The translations under genes were made by a program, and so were the position numbers. The notes below the pieces were generated by a model that was given only the letters and a program-made list of their open reading frames with translations, was not told where the DNA came from and made no database searches. Shown here piece by piece: positions 23,778 to 34,147 of a DNA stretch of 34,855 nt. This stretch comes from Thermoleophilia bacterium (GTDB taxonomy: Bacteria; Actinomycetota; Thermoleophilia; RBG-16-64-13), in contig DASRMJ010000218.1 of assembly GCA_035647995.1 (NCBI GenBank), forward strand, positions 1 to 34,855, read 5' to 3'. Position 1 is the stretch's first letter. Every line of letters begins with the position of its first letter.

Positions 23778-24146
23778 ATGATCCAAGTAGAGACGAGACT
23801 CAAGGTGGCCGATAATACCGGCGCTCGCGAGCTCCTCTGCATCCGCATCAGGGGTGGGTCGCACCGTCGGTACGCCGGCGTGGGCGACATCATCGTTGGC
23901 ACGGTGAAGGAGGCCACTCCGGGCGGCTCGGTGAAGAAGGGCGATGTGGTGCAGGCCGTGGTGGTGCGTGTGAAGAAATCCTACGGGCGCAAAGACGGCA
24001 CGTACATCGGCTTCGACGAGAACGCCGCGGTCCTCATCGACCGTCAGAAGAACCCCCGCGGCACGCGGATATTCGGCCCCGTCGCCCGGGAGTTGCGCGA
24101 GAAGAACTTCGCGAAGATCGTGTCCTTGGCTCCGGAGGTGCTGTGA
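23778..24146 (+). CDS. rplN: 50S ribosomal protein L14
   Basis: 122-aa ORF reading [18 protein letters not shown]... Confidence 0.97.
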   Translation: MIQVETRLKVADNTGARELLCIRIRGGSHRRYAGVGDIIVGTVKEATPGGSVKKGDVVQAVVVRVKKSYGRKDGTYIGFDENAAVLIDRQKNPRGTRIFGPVARELREKNFAKIVSLAPEVL

Positions 24147-24484
24147 TGAAGAAGCAGGCTCCCAGAGTCAGGAAGATACGGAAGGGTGACACCGTCGAGG
24201 TGATCCAGGGCAAGGAGCGGGGAAAGCGCGGCAAAGTGCTTCGCGTGCTTGCCGAAGACCAGCGCGTGGTCGTCGAGCGGATCAACTTCATCAAGCGCCA
24301 CGTCCGGCCGTCGCAGAAGAATCCGCAAGGCGGAGTCATCGAGCGCGAAGCCGGGATCCACGTGTCGAACGTGAAGCTGGTATGCCCGAGCTGCGACGCC
24401 GCGGTGCGCGTGGGAATGCGCGAGGAGCGTGGCGACAAGGTGCGATACTGCAAGAAGTGCAACGTCCAGGTAGATAAGGCTTAG
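24146..24484 (+). CDS. rplX: 50S ribosomal protein L24 (with a CxxC...CxxC motif)
   Basis: ATG at 24146 (TGATG overlap with the rplN stop, GGAGGTG upstream). An in-frame GTG at 24143 is the ORF-track start. It has a KOW motif ([19 protein letters not shown]) and CPSC...CKKC. Confidence 0.93.
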   Translation: MKKQAPRVRKIRKGDTVEVIQGKERGKRGKVLRVLAEDQRVVVERINFIKRHVRPSQKNPQGGVIEREAGIHVSNVKLVCPSCDAAVRVGMREERGDKVRYCKKCNVQVDKA

Positions 24485-24486
24485 CG

Positions 24487-25035
24487 ATGGCTATTCCGAG
24501 ATTCAGAGAAAAGTACACGAGCCAGGTGGTGCCTGAGCTGCTGTCCGAGTTCGGCTACAGCAACATCATGCAGGTGCCACGTATTCAGAAGATCACCGTC
24601 AACATGGGTGTGGGCGAAGCTGCTCAGGACGCCAAGCTACTCGAGGAGGCGGCCAAGCAGCTCGGGCAGATCACCGGGCAGAAAGCCCAGGTGCGCAGAT
24701 CCCGCAAGTCCATAGCGAACTTCAAGATCCGTGAGGGCATGCCGGTGGGTCTGCGCGTGACCCTGCGGGGCGACCGTATGTGGGAGATGCTCGACCGACT
24801 CATCAGCATCGCCCTCCCCCGCATCCGCGACTTCCGTGGTATCTCCCCGAAAGGGTTCGACGGGCAGGGCAACTTCAACCTCGGTCTCAAGGAACAGATC
24901 ATCTTCCCTGAGATCGACTACGACAAGATCGATCGGGTCCGTGGTCTGGATGTCGCCATCACCACCACCGCGGAAACTGACGATGAAGCTCGGGCGCTGC
25001 TCAAGAAGTTGGGCATGCCGTTCCGCGAGAGCTAG
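24487..25035 (+). CDS. rplE: 50S ribosomal protein L5
   Basis: 182-aa ORF reading [20 protein letters not shown]. Confidence 0.97.
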   Translation: MAIPRFREKYTSQVVPELLSEFGYSNIMQVPRIQKITVNMGVGEAAQDAKLLEEAAKQLGQITGQKAQVRRSRKSIANFKIREGMPVGLRVTLRGDRMWEMLDRLISIALPRIRDFRGISPKGFDGQGNFNLGLKEQIIFPEIDYDKIDRVRGLDVAITTTAETDDEARALLKKLGMPFRES

Positions 25036-25052
25036 AGAAGGAGCAGCAGGGT

Positions 25053-25238
25053 ATGGCAAAGAAGTCGCTCATCGCGAAGGCGAACCGGACGCCGAAGTTC
25101 TCTTCGCGTGCTTACAACCGCTGCAGACGCTGTGGCCGCCCCCGCGGATATTTCCGCCGGTTCGGCCTCTGCCGCATCTGCCTGCGTGAGCTCGCGCACG
25201 AGGGAGTAATCCCCGGCGTGACCAAGTCGAGCTGGTAG
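25053..25238 (+). CDS. rpsN: 30S ribosomal protein S14 type Z (61 aa, zinc-binding form)
   Basis: Reads [46 protein letters not shown], with CxxC...CxxC. GAAGGAG lies upstream. Confidence 0.96.
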   Translation: MAKKSLIAKANRTPKFSSRAYNRCRRCGRPRGYFRRFGLCRICLRELAHEGVIPGVTKSSW

Positions 25239-25249
25239 GGAGGAGGACG

Positions 25250-25648
25250 ATGTCACAATCAGATCCCGTCGCCGACATGCTCACGAGGCTCCGCAATGCC
25301 AACAAGGCGCTGCACTCAGAGGTCTCGATGCCCACGTCGCACCTGAAGGTCGAAGTGGCCCGCATCCTGAAGGACGAGGGCTACATCGCCGGCTACAAAG
25401 TGGTCAAGGGCGAGAGCTACGACACGCTTTTGGTCGACCTGAAGTACACCGAGGACCGCCGCCGGGTCATCACCCAGCTCAAGCGGATCAGCAAGCCCGG
25501 TCGTCGTATCTATGCCAAGAAGGACAAGCTGCCCAAGGTCCTTGGCGGCTTGGGGATGGCTGTCGTCTCGACTTCTCGCGGCGTGATGAGCGCTCGCGAG
25601 GCCCAGCGTCTGGGTGTCGGCGGCGAAGTCATCTGCTTCGTGTGGTGA
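25250..25648 (+). CDS. rpsH: 30S ribosomal protein S8
   Basis: 132-aa ORF reading [14 protein letters not shown]... Confidence 0.97.
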   Translation: MSQSDPVADMLTRLRNANKALHSEVSMPTSHLKVEVARILKDEGYIAGYKVVKGESYDTLLVDLKYTEDRRRVITQLKRISKPGRRIYAKKDKLPKVLGGLGMAVVSTSRGVMSAREAQRLGVGGEVICFVW

Positions 25649-25654
25649 TGATGC

Positions 25655-26188
25655 ATGTCTAGGATCGGAAGAGAACCCATCAACGTGCCTGCGGGCGTCG
25701 AGGTCAAGATCGACGGGCAGCACGTGACAGTCAAGGGCCCCAAGGGTCTGCTGAGCCGCGACCTGAATCCCGCGGTGGACGTGCAACTCGCCGACGGCGT
25801 GATCTCGGTCACCCGGCCGAGCGACTCGGCCACTCACAGGTCGCTCCACGGACTGACCCGTACCTTGGTGGCGAACATGGTCATCGGCACCACCACGGGT
25901 TTCGAGAAGCGTCTCAACATCGTCGGCGTGGGATACCGCGCTGCGATGAAGGGCACCGATCTCGAGGTCCAGGCGGGATACTCCCACCCAGTGGTCGTGA
26001 ATCCGCCGGACAACATCGAATTCGAGGTGCCGGTGCCCACGCTGATCGTGGTGAAGGGCATCGACAAACAGCAGGTCGGCCAGGTAGCCGCCAACATCCG
26101 GGCCATCAGGAAGCCGGAGCCGTACAAAGGCAAGGGCATCCGCTATCAGGGCGAAGTCGTCCGCCGCAAGGTCGGCAAGCGGGCCTAG
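25655..26188 (+). CDS. rplF: 50S ribosomal protein L6
   Basis: 177-aa ORF reading [17 protein letters not shown]... Confidence 0.97.
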   Translation: MSRIGREPINVPAGVEVKIDGQHVTVKGPKGLLSRDLNPAVDVQLADGVISVTRPSDSATHRSLHGLTRTLVANMVIGTTTGFEKRLNIVGVGYRAAMKGTDLEVQAGYSHPVVVNPPDNIEFEVPVPTLIVVKGIDKQQVGQVAANIRAIRKPEPYKGKGIRYQGEVVRRKVGKRA

Positions 26189-26208
26189 GGGAGGATGAAC
26201 AGAGGGAC

Positions 26209-26562
26209 ATGAGCAGAATCGCCAAGATCAAACGAGCCAGTGACCGTCGCGCAAAGCGCGTGCGGGGAGGGGTGCGGGGCACGACCGAACGGCCGCGTCT
26301 CACCGTCTTCCGCTCGAACCGCGGGATCTGGGCTCAGGTAATCGACGACATGAACGGCACGACTCTCGCGAGTGCTGGAAGCATCAACATCGCGGAGAAA
26401 CTGCCCAAGAGGGAGATGGCCGCCAAGGTCGGGGAGCTTCTCGCTGAACGAGCGAAGGCGGCCGGTGTGGCCCGCGTCGTGTTCGACCGCGGGCCCTACC
26501 TGTACCACGGCCGAGTCAAGGCCCTTGCCGACGGCGCCCGCGAGGGCGGCCTCGAGTTCTAG
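26209..26562 (+). CDS. rplR: 50S ribosomal protein L18
   Basis: 117-aa ORF reading [20 protein letters not shown]...[26 protein letters not shown]. Confidence 0.97.
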   Translation: MSRIAKIKRASDRRAKRVRGGVRGTTERPRLTVFRSNRGIWAQVIDDMNGTTLASAGSINIAEKLPKREMAAKVGELLAERAKAAGVARVVFDRGPYLYHGRVKALADGAREGGLEF

Positions 26563-26580
26563 AAAGGGAGAGGTACGGCA

Positions 26581-27126
26581 GTGGCAACGATTAAAGCTGA
26601 AGCGCTGAATCTTCAAGAGAACGTGATTGAGATCAACCGGGTGGCCAAAGTCGTGAAGGGTGGTCGACGGTTCTCGTTCACCGCCCTCGTGGCGGTCGGC
26701 GACGGAGAGAGCATCGTGGGTGTGGGCTACGGGAAGGCCAAAGAAGTCCCGTTGGCCATCCAGAAGGCCATCGACGACGCGAAGAAGAACCTGTTCGTGG
26801 TGCCGAAGCACGGCTCCACGATCACGCACGGCGTCACGGGCCGGTTCGGTGCCGGGCGCGTGCTGTTGCGGCCCGCTTCCCCCGGCACCGGAGTCATCGC
26901 CGGCGGCGGTGTGCGTGCGGTGCTGGAGCTGGGAGGCGTCCACGACGTGCTCACCAAGTGCCTGGGCACCACGAATCCTATCAACATGGTGCGTGCGGTG
27001 GAGCAAGGATTGCGTTCGCTGCGCCGTCCTGAGGAGATCGCCGCGCTGCGGGGCAAGACCGTGCGCGAGGTCCTGGGCATGGAGAAACGGGAGCATCCGG
27101 CATCCACCGAGATCGCGGGAGAGTGA
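26581..27126 (+). CDS. rpsE: 30S ribosomal protein S5
   Basis: 181-aa ORF with a GTG start, reading [20 protein letters not shown]. Confidence 0.96.
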   Translation: MATIKAEALNLQENVIEINRVAKVVKGGRRFSFTALVAVGDGESIVGVGYGKAKEVPLAIQKAIDDAKKNLFVVPKHGSTITHGVTGRFGAGRVLLRPASPGTGVIAGGGVRAVLELGGVHDVLTKCLGTTNPINMVRAVEQGLRSLRRPEEIAALRGKTVREVLGMEKREHPASTEIAGE

Positions 27127-27323
27127 CCGACGTGCTTGCCATCACGCAGACTCGAAGCGGCATCCGCCGCAAGCACGACCACAAGGCTACCCTGCGGGCT
27201 CTCGGCATCTCCCGCATGGGGCAGACTGTGTACCACGACGATAACCCGGTGATCCGAGGCATGGTGAAGAAGATCGAGTACATGCTCGAAGTTGCCGAGG
27301 TCGATGTGAAGGACGAGGGGTAG
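27123..27323 (+). CDS. rpmD: 50S ribosomal protein L30
   Basis: 66-aa ORF reading [23 protein letters not shown]. The start is ambiguous: GTG at 27123 (overlaps the rpsE stop) or the in-frame GTG at 27132, which has better spacing from GGGAGAG. Confidence 0.9.
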   Translation: MTDVLAITQTRSGIRRKHDHKATLRALGISRMGQTVYHDDNPVIRGMVKKIEYMLEVAEVDVKDEG

Positions 27324-27326
27324 GTC

Positions 27327-27800
27327 ATGGGAGAAATCTTCCTGCACAACCTGCGCCCCACGGAGGGCTCGCGCAGCAAGAAGAAGCGGGTCGGCCGCGG
27401 AGAGGGGTCGGGCAAAGGCAAGACCTCAGGCAAAGGTCACAAGGGCGCGAACGCCCGCAGCGGCGGGGGAGTCTCCGCCCGCTACGAGGGCGGTCAGATG
27501 CCGCTGCACATGCGGCTGCCCAAACTGCGTGGTCCCCTGGCCAAGACTTCTATGGCCATCGGTCCGTTCCGCACATTCATGACTCCGGTCAACATCTCTC
27601 GTCTGGCGGCTTTCCCGGCCGGCGCAGAGGTCACCCCGGAGGCGCTCGTCGAGATGGGCATCATCAAGAAGGCCGACGAGAGGGTCAAGATCCTCGCCGA
27701 CGGTGAGCTCGACCGCGCCCTCACGGTGCGCGCGCACGGGTTCAGCGCGGCTGCCAAGACCAAGATCGAAGCTGCCGGCGGCACGGCCGAGGTCCTCTAG
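27327..27800 (+). CDS. rplO: 50S ribosomal protein L15
   Basis: 157-aa ORF reading [32 protein letters not shown]. Confidence 0.96.
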   Translation: MGEIFLHNLRPTEGSRSKKKRVGRGEGSGKGKTSGKGHKGANARSGGGVSARYEGGQMPLHMRLPKLRGPLAKTSMAIGPFRTFMTPVNISRLAAFPAGAEVTPEALVEMGIIKKADERVKILADGELDRALTVRAHGFSAAAKTKIEAAGGTAEVL

Positions 27801-27843
27801 GGACCGCGGCCTCGCCGCTGCAAGATAGACGGGAGAGAGCTAG

Positions 27844-29097
27844 ATGTTCCAATCCCTGCTGAATGCGTGGAGGCTTCCCGACCTGCGGAAGCGCCTCGTG
27901 TTCACGGCGTTCATCATCGCAATGTATCGACTGGGCTCGTTCATCCCGGTCCCGGGTGTCGATTTACAGGCGATCAAGGATCTGGTCTCCGGAGGCGGGG
28001 TCTTCGCCTTCCTCGACCTGTTCGCCGGCGGCGCCCTGGAACGTGTCGCCGTCTTCGCCCTCGGGATCATGCCCTACATCACGGCGTCGATCATCATGCA
28101 GCTGCTCCAGATCGTCATCCCGCAGCTTGAAGCGCTGGCAAAAGAAGGGGAATCGGGGGCCAAGAAGATCAATCAGTACACCCGGTACTTCACCGTGGTG
28201 TTGGCGCTCATCCAATCGACCGGCTACGTGATCATTTTCAAGTCCCAAGGGGCGTTCACGACCGCGAACCCTCTGAACCCCCTGAGGTTCTACCTTATCG
28301 TGATGACTCTGACCGTGGGTACGGCCCTAGTGATGTGGCTCGGTGAGCTGATCACCCAGCGCGGCATCGGAAACGGTATCTCGCTCATCATCTTCGCGAG
28401 TATCGTCTCGCGCCTGCCCAGCGGTCTCTACAAGATGTTCTCCACGATGAACCCCCTGGAGTGGCTGGCCATGGCTCTCATCGCTCTGGGCGTCATCGCG
28501 GCCATCGTGCTCATACAAGAGGGGCAGCGTCGCATCCCGGTGCAGTATGCCAAGCGGGTCGTCGGCCGCAAGATGTACGGGGGGCAGAGCACATACCTGC
28601 CGCTGCGTGTCAACATGGCCGGCGTCATCCCAGTCATCTTCGCCTCGGCCATCCTCGTGTTCCCCGTGACCTTGGCTCAGATGACGCCGTGGGGTTGGGC
28701 GCAGTCCGCGGCCCGCGCCGTAGGGCCGGGCACCGGTATGTATCTGGTCGCAGAGGTCCTGCTCATCATCATCTTCACCTACTTCTACACGGCGGTGCAG
28801 TTCAACCCGCTCGATCAAGCCGACAACCTGAAGAAGTACGGCGGCTTCATCCCGGGGATCCGTCCCGGTAGGCCGACCGCGCAGTATCTCGACAAAGTGC
28901 TGACCCGCATCACGCTCCCCGGCGCGGTCTTCCTTGCCTCCATCGCGGCGCTTCCCACCATCTTGATCTGGGTGATGGGTATACCGTTCTTCTTCGGTGG
29001 CACCTCCCTGCTGATCGTGGTGGGTGTTGCGCTCGACACAATGAAGCAGATGGAGTCACAGCTTCTGATGCGACACTACGAAGGCTTCTTGAAGTAA
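27844..29097 (+). CDS. secY: Preprotein translocase subunit SecY
   Basis: 417-aa polytopic membrane ORF reading LRKRLVFTAFIIAMYRLGSFIPVPGV..., in the canonical position after rplO. Confidence 0.96.
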   Translation: MFQSLLNAWRLPDLRKRLVFTAFIIAMYRLGSFIPVPGVDLQAIKDLVSGGGVFAFLDLFAGGALERVAVFALGIMPYITASIIMQLLQIVIPQLEALAKEGESGAKKINQYTRYFTVVLALIQSTGYVIIFKSQGAFTTANPLNPLRFYLIVMTLTVGTALVMWLGELITQRGIGNGISLIIFASIVSRLPSGLYKMFSTMNPLEWLAMALIALGVIAAIVLIQEGQRRIPVQYAKRVVGRKMYGGQSTYLPLRVNMAGVIPVIFASAILVFPVTLAQMTPWGWAQSAARAVGPGTGMYLVAEVLLIIIFTYFYTAVQFNPLDQADNLKKYGGFIPGIRPGRPTAQYLDKVLTRITLPGAVFLASIAALPTILIWVMGIPFFFGGTSLLIVVGVALDTMKQMESQLLMRHYEGFLK

Positions 29098-29115
29098 GCA
29101 CAAGGGGGAGCGAGG

Positions 29116-29772
29116 ATGGCGCAGTTCGATCTGATCCTGTTGGGACCGCCCGGGGCCGGCAAGGGCACGCAGGCCGGGCGGATCGTCGAGGACTACTCGA
29201 TCCCGCACATCTCCACCGGAGACATGTTGCGGGCCGCCGTCAAGAATCAGACGGCGATGGGTCTCGAAGCCAAGCGCTACATGGACGCGGGCGACCTGGT
29301 GCCCGACTCCGTGGTCATCGGCATCGTCAAGGATCGCCTGCAGGAGCCCGACACGGCTGGCGGCTTCCTCCTGGACGGGTTCCCGCGCACGATCCCGCAG
29401 GCGGAGGCGCTCGACGACATGCTCGAGAGCATCGAGCGCGGAGTCTCCAAGGCTCTGGCCATCCTCGTGGATGAGGAGGCACTGGTCCGCCGACTCAGCG
29501 GCCGGCGCATCTGTCGCGATTGTCAGACCCCCTTCCATATGGAGTTCGGTCCGCCCTCCGTCGCAGGCGTATGTGACAAGTGCGGAGGGGAGCTCTACCA
29601 GCGCGACGACGACAGCGAAGCGACCGTGCGCAACCGCCTGGCCGTCTACGGTCGCCAGACGGAGCCGTTGATCGCCTACTACGACTCGCAGTCCGTCTTG
29701 GCGCGCATCGACGGCGACCAGACTCCGGACGAGGTGTACGAGGATCTCAAAGAGGCAATCGGTCGCCCTTGA
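29116..29772 (+). CDS. adk: Adenylate kinase (Cys4 zinc lid form)
   Basis: 218-aa ORF with P-loop GPPGAGKGT and lid CRDC...CDKC. Confidence 0.96.
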   Translation: MAQFDLILLGPPGAGKGTQAGRIVEDYSIPHISTGDMLRAAVKNQTAMGLEAKRYMDAGDLVPDSVVIGIVKDRLQEPDTAGGFLLDGFPRTIPQAEALDDMLESIERGVSKALAILVDEEALVRRLSGRRICRDCQTPFHMEFGPPSVAGVCDKCGGELYQRDDDSEATVRNRLAVYGRQTEPLIAYYDSQSVLARIDGDQTPDEVYEDLKEAIGRP

Positions 29773-29782
29773 CGCTCGCAAC

Positions 29783-30526
29783 GTGATCATCAGGAAGACA
29801 CCCGAGGAGATCGAAGCGATCGCACGGGCAGGGCGCATCCTCAGGGGTTGTCTGGACGTGTTGAGTCAGAAGGTGGAGCCGGGAGTGTCGACCAAGGAGC
29901 TCGATCGGTTGGCCGAGGAGTTCATCCGCGGTCACGGCGGCACCCCCACCTTCAAGGGTTACCGCGGATTCCCCGGCTCGATCTGCACATCGCCCAACGA
30001 CATGGTGGTGCACGGCATACCCGGCTCCACCAGGCTTCGTGAGGGCGACATCGTAGGCATCGACGTGGGAGTGACGCTCGATGACTTCATCGCCGACGCG
30101 GCGGTCACCCTGGCAGTGGGCGACGTCTCCGAAGAAGCTCAGGCCCTCATGACCGCGACTCGGGAGTCGCTCATGTTGGCCGTGGAGGAGTGTTGGCCGG
30201 GGAAGCGGATCGGGGACATCTCTCACGCCGTGCAATCCCACGTCGAGGTCCGTGGCTACTCGGTGGTGCGCAGTCTTGTGGGACACGGGGTGGGCAGGGC
30301 CATGCACGAGGATCCGCAGGTGCCCAACTTCGGGCTTCCCGGGCGAGGTCCGCGGCTGTCCGAGGGCATGGTGTTGGCGATCGAGCCCATGATCAACAGC
30401 GGTGGGTTCGACGTCGAGGTCGGTGCCGATTCGTGGTCGATATTCACGAAAGACGGGGGCCTTTCGGCTCACTTCGAACACACTGTCGCCGTCACGGCGG
30501 CCGGTCCGCGGGTGTTGACGGCCTAG
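29783..30526 (+). CDS. map: Type I methionine aminopeptidase
   Basis: 247-aa ORF with a GTG start. Metal-site context is present (VHGIP, DVG...D, GHGVGR..HE, EP, EHT). Confidence 0.94.
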   Translation: MIIRKTPEEIEAIARAGRILRGCLDVLSQKVEPGVSTKELDRLAEEFIRGHGGTPTFKGYRGFPGSICTSPNDMVVHGIPGSTRLREGDIVGIDVGVTLDDFIADAAVTLAVGDVSEEAQALMTATRESLMLAVEECWPGKRIGDISHAVQSHVEVRGYSVVRSLVGHGVGRAMHEDPQVPNFGLPGRGPRLSEGMVLAIEPMINSGGFDVEVGADSWSIFTKDGGLSAHFEHTVAVTAAGPRVLTA

Positions 30527-30615
30527 CGATCCGCCGATGAGGGCCGTCTGGCGACGCCCCGGGTGTCGCTCGCGGGGTCGACATCGACGGTTTCGCGGTC
30601 GTGATGCAGGGCGTG

Positions 30616-30659
30616 TGTTAATATAGGCGGTCGGTACGCGGCCGAACCGGGTTCGGCCG
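30616..30659 (+). promoter_or_regulatory. Candidate extended -10 promoter (TGtTAATAT) and 5'-proximal hairpin upstream of infA
   Basis: TG-T-TAATAT at 30616..30624 with no good -35. A perfect 9-bp hairpin CGGCCGAAC-CGG-GTTCGGCCG lies at 30639..30659, 32 nt before the infA GTG. Confidence 0.3.
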
Positions 30660-30690
30660 GGATCTCGAGAGAAGAGGTGTACCAGAAGCA

Positions 30691-30909
30691 GTGCCCAAAG
30701 AAGACGCGATAGAACTCGAGGGTGAGGTAGTCGAAGCCCTCCCCAATACCATGTTCCGGGTCAAGCTCGAGAACGACCACGAAGTGCTGGCCCACATCTC
30801 GGGCAAGATGCGCATGAACTACATCCGCATACTGCCGGGCGACAAGGTCAAGGTGGAGTTGTCTCCCTACGACCTCACTCGCGGGAGGATCACCTACCGC
30901 TTCAAGTAG
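30691..30909 (+). CDS. infA: Translation initiation factor IF-1
   Basis: 72-aa ORF with a GTG start, reading [40 protein letters not shown]. Confidence 0.96.
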   Translation: MPKEDAIELEGEVVEALPNTMFRVKLENDHEVLAHISGKMRMNYIRILPGDKVKVELSPYDLTRGRITYRFK

Positions 30910-30999
30910 TGTGAGGTGGTGTGGCCGTCGACATGACGGTCGATCGGAATCGCCCCCGTCTTGGTCAACGGATGTGGTGGCGTGGTAGTTGGAAGCAAT

Positions 31000-31021
31000 C
31001 GGTCCCGATAGCCCGGGACCG
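31000..31021 (+). promoter_or_regulatory. Perfect 8-bp hairpin within the 260-nt infA-rpmJ spacer
   Basis: CGGTCCCG-ATAGCC-CGGGACCG. The complementarity is seen directly; the function is unknown. Confidence 0.25.
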
Positions 31022-31170
31022 TCGCCGGCTCTGAGACATCAGCCCGGGGCTTCGTGCCCGGGGCGGCGGCTGCAGTACGATGTCGAGGGGCCTGATAGAG
31101 GTGCTCAGTCATGTGTTGGTACGACTTTGCCGCGGATGCGGCGAGTCCGGCCGAGAGGGTTGAGACGAAG

Positions 31171-31284
31171 ATGAAGGTACGAGCGTCGGTAAAGCCGATG
31201 TGTGAGAAGTGTAAAGTGATCCGCCGCAAGGGCGTGGTCCTGGTGATCTGCCAGAACCCGCGTCACAAGCAGCGGCAAGGCTGA
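31171..31284 (+). CDS. rpmJ: 50S ribosomal protein L36 (37 aa, Cys3His zinc form)
   Basis: Hand translation gives [37 protein letters not shown]. It is below the ORF-track cut-off and lies immediately upstream of rpsM. Confidence 0.93.
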   Translation: MKVRASVKPMCEKCKVIRRKGVVLVICQNPRHKQRQG

Positions 31285-31297
31285 TCGGGAGAAGAGT

Positions 31298-31672
31298 ATG
31301 GCTCGAATCGCTGGAGTTACTCTCCCTCGGGAAAAACGAGTCGAGATCGGGCTCACCTACGTGTACGGGATCGGGCGTTCCAGGTCGAACGTGGTCCTGG
31401 CGGCCGTGGGCGTCGATCCCAACACCTACGTGAAGGATCTCACCGAGGACGAGGAGATCCGTCTACGGGCGTACATCGAGGAGAACGTGATCGTCGAGGG
31501 CGACCTTCGCCGTGAGCGCAGTCAGAACATCAAGCGGCTCATGGAGATCGGCTGCTACCGGGGTATCCGCCATCGTCGCGGACTGCCCGTGCGTGGCCAA
31601 CGCACCAAGACGAACGCGCGTGTGCGCAAGGGTCACAAGCCCACCGTGGGTGTTAAGAAGAAGGTTCGTTGA
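31298..31672 (+). CDS. rpsM: 30S ribosomal protein S13
   Basis: 124-aa ORF reading [26 protein letters not shown]. Confidence 0.97.
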   Translation: MARIAGVTLPREKRVEIGLTYVYGIGRSRSNVVLAAVGVDPNTYVKDLTEDEEIRLRAYIEENVIVEGDLRRERSQNIKRLMEIGCYRGIRHRRGLPVRGQRTKTNARVRKGHKPTVGVKKKVR

Positions 31673-31720
31673 TCGGTGAGCATCCGCTGACCGCGATCGA
31701 AACGATCGGGAGATAGCCAC

Positions 31721-32125
31721 ATGGCAAAACCAGTAAAGCATGGCGGAGGGCGTGTGCGGCGCCGCAAGGTGCGCAAGAACATCGCCGTCGGCAACGCGTA
31801 TATCAAGACATCGTTCAACAACACGATGGTCACGCTTACCGATAAGGAAGGCAATGTGATCTCGTGGGCGAGCGCCGGCGTGGCCGGGTTCAAGGGTTCG
31901 CGCAAGTCGACTCCCTTCGCCGCCCAGGTGACTGCTGAAAAAGCAGCTCGCGCCGGGATGGAGCACGGCCTGCAGAAGGTCGACGTGTTCGTGAAGGGCC
32001 CGGGTAGCGGTCGCGAGACCGCCATCCGTTCACTTCAGGCCGCGGGCCTCGAGGTAGGCGGCGTAAAGGACTGCACCCCCATCCCCCACAACGGATGCCG
32101 CCCCAAGAAGCGGCGCCGAGTCTAG
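31721..32125 (+). CDS. rpsK: 30S ribosomal protein S11
   Basis: 134-aa ORF reading [29 protein letters not shown]. Confidence 0.97.
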   Translation: MAKPVKHGGGRVRRRKVRKNIAVGNAYIKTSFNNTMVTLTDKEGNVISWASAGVAGFKGSRKSTPFAAQVTAEKAARAGMEHGLQKVDVFVKGPGSGRETAIRSLQAAGLEVGGVKDCTPIPHNGCRPKKRRRV

Positions 32126-32143
32126 CGCGGAGAGAGAAGGAGT

Positions 32144-32770
32144 ATGGCAAGGGATACCTCAGCACAGTGCAAGCAGTGCCGCCGCGAGGGGATCAAGCTT
32201 CTCCTCAAGGGTGAGCGCTGTCTCACGGACAAGTGCGCAATCGATAGGCGCGGCTACCCGCCGGGCGAACACGGCCGCGGGCGTAGGCGCAAGCAGTCCG
32301 AGTATCTTGTGCAGCTGCGCGAGAAGCAGAAGGCACGCAGGTATTACGGAGTGCTCGAGAAGCAGTTCCACAACTACTATGAGGCTGCACACCGCCAGAC
32401 CGGCGTCACGGGCGAGAACCTGCTGCGCCTACTGGAGTTGCGCCTGGACAACGTCGTGTACCGCCTCGGTTTCGGCGCGTCCCGCCGGCAGGCGAGGCAG
32501 CTGATCCTTCACGGACATTTCCTCGTGAACGGCAAGCGTGTGAACATCCCGTCGTACAAGGTGCGACCGGACGAGATCATTACGGCCGTTGCGGCGAAGG
32601 AAGGCCTGAAGGCGGTCATCGAAGAAGCGACCGATCTGACCGCTTCCGTGCCCGCCTGGCTCCAGGCCGACCACGACAACCTGACGGGTAAGGTGCTGCG
32701 CATGCCCGATAGGGTCGATATCGACATCCCGGTGCAGGAGCAGCTCATCGTCGAGCTGTACTCGAAGTAG
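32144..32770 (+). CDS. rpsD: 30S ribosomal protein S4
   Basis: 208-aa ORF with an N-terminal Cys cluster (CKQCRREG...CLTDKC) and an S4 RNA-binding domain ([11 protein letters not shown]). Confidence 0.97.
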   Translation: MARDTSAQCKQCRREGIKLLLKGERCLTDKCAIDRRGYPPGEHGRGRRRKQSEYLVQLREKQKARRYYGVLEKQFHNYYEAAHRQTGVTGENLLRLLELRLDNVVYRLGFGASRRQARQLILHGHFLVNGKRVNIPSYKVRPDEIITAVAAKEGLKAVIEEATDLTASVPAWLQADHDNLTGKVLRMPDRVDIDIPVQEQLIVELYSK

Positions 32771-32832
32771 GGGCGGCAAGGTATTGACCACGGCAGGCGG
32801 ATGAACCGGCAGCCGTGGAGTAGGAGGACTGA

Positions 32833-33777
32833 TTGCTAGACTTCCATTCCCCAAAGATCACGATGGAAAAGGTGAGCGATAACCGCGGCGTGTTCGTCGT
32901 GGAACCGCTGGACCGGGGATTCGGCTACACTTTTGGCAACTCCCTGCGTCGGGTGCTGCTCTCTTCGCTCGACGGAGCGGCGGCTTCGGCAGTCAAGATC
33001 GAAGGAGTCGCCCACGAGTTCTCCACCATTTCGGGGGTCAAGGAGGATGTCACCGACATCATCCTCAACCTGAAGAAGGCTGTCTTCGTGCTGCACGGCG
33101 AAGACGGTGAGATCGACGTGGAGCTGGTGAAGGACGGGCCGGGCGTGGTCACCGTCGGCGACATCGCCGCAACGGCCAATCTCGAGATCGTCAACCCAGG
33201 CGCGATCCTCGCGACGTTGGGCGAAGGCGCCCGGCTGGAGATGGTCATCTGGGTGCGCCGTGGCCGGGGCTACGTGTCGGCCGGCGAGAACAAGCAGGAA
33301 GAGACGATCCTTGGGGTCATCCCCATCGACTCGATCTTCTCGCCTGTCTCGCGAGTGGCATACAGAGTCGAGGCCGCCCGTGTCGGACAGCGCACCGACT
33401 ACGACAAGCTGATCCTTGAGATAGAAACGAACGGCGCCGTCGATCCGCGCCAGTGTCTGGAAGAGGCCGCCAACCTGCTCATAGAGCAGCTCCGGATTTT
33501 CGCCGATGAAGACCGTATCATCGTCGAAGACCAAGAGCCGATCTTCTTCGGTTTGCAGGAGCCCGCGGGCAGCGGTCTGGAAGACATGCTGATCGAAGAG
33601 CTCGAGCTGGGCGTTCGTTCCTACAATTGCCTCAAGCGCGAAGGTGTGGAGACGGTCTCCGACCTGATCTCGCGCACCGAGGCCGAACTGTTGAACATCC
33701 CCAACTTCGGCAAGAAGAGCATCGAAGAGGTGCGTGAACGTCTTGCCGAGCGGGATCTGAAGCTCAGAGGAGAATAG
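32833..33777 (+). CDS. rpoA: DNA-directed RNA polymerase subunit alpha
   Basis: 314-aa ORF with a TTG start 6 nt after TAGGAGGA. The NTD reads GFGYTFGNSLRRVLLSS and the CTD reads LELGVRSYNCLKREGVETVSDLISRTEAELLNIPNFGKKSIEEV. Confidence 0.96.
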   Translation: MLDFHSPKITMEKVSDNRGVFVVEPLDRGFGYTFGNSLRRVLLSSLDGAAASAVKIEGVAHEFSTISGVKEDVTDIILNLKKAVFVLHGEDGEIDVELVKDGPGVVTVGDIAATANLEIVNPGAILATLGEGARLEMVIWVRRGRGYVSAGENKQEETILGVIPIDSIFSPVSRVAYRVEAARVGQRTDYDKLILEIETNGAVDPRQCLEEAANLLIEQLRIFADEDRIIVEDQEPIFFGLQEPAGSGLEDMLIEELELGVRSYNCLKREGVETVSDLISRTEAELLNIPNFGKKSIEEVRERLAERDLKLRGE

Positions 33778-33778
33778 C

Positions 33779-34129
33779 GTGAGGCATCAGAGAAAAGGGA
33801 GGAGGTTCGGCATCCAGCCGAGCCACCGCCGGCAGATGCTGGCCAACCTCGCCTGCTCGGTGCTCGAGCACGGACGTGTGAAGACCACCGAGGCGAAAGC
33901 CAAAGAGGTCAAGCCCCTGGTGGAGAAGGCGATCACCATGGGCAAGGCCGGTGATCTGCACTCCCGGCGAACGGCCATCAGCATGTTGCGGAACAAGAAG
34001 ATCTCGTACGCACTGTTCAACGAGATCGCTCCCAAGTACGCGGAGCGTCAGGGCGGCTATACCCGCATCTTGAAGCTGGGCCCTCGGCTCGGTGACGCGG
34101 CGGAGATGGTCTACTTGGAGCTCGTCTAG
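33779..34129 (+). CDS. rplQ: 50S ribosomal protein L17
   Basis: 116-aa ORF with a GTG start, reading MRHQRKGRRFGIQPSHRRQMLANL. Confidence 0.96.
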   Translation: MRHQRKGRRFGIQPSHRRQMLANLACSVLEHGRVKTTEAKAKEVKPLVEKAITMGKAGDLHSRRTAISMLRNKKISYALFNEIAPKYAERQGGYTRILKLGPRLGDAAEMVYLELV

Positions 34130-34147
34130 AGGAACGACGGGATACTT

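Noticed and set aside
30894-31229. ORFs in the infA-rpmJ gap: 111 aa on the minus strand, 61 aa on the plus strand at 30989..31174, and a 32-aa basic peptide starting at the ATG near 30936
   Set aside because: They overlap the infA end or rpmJ start, lack well-spaced RBSs and have no recognisable motifs. The region is reported as a non-coding candidate instead.
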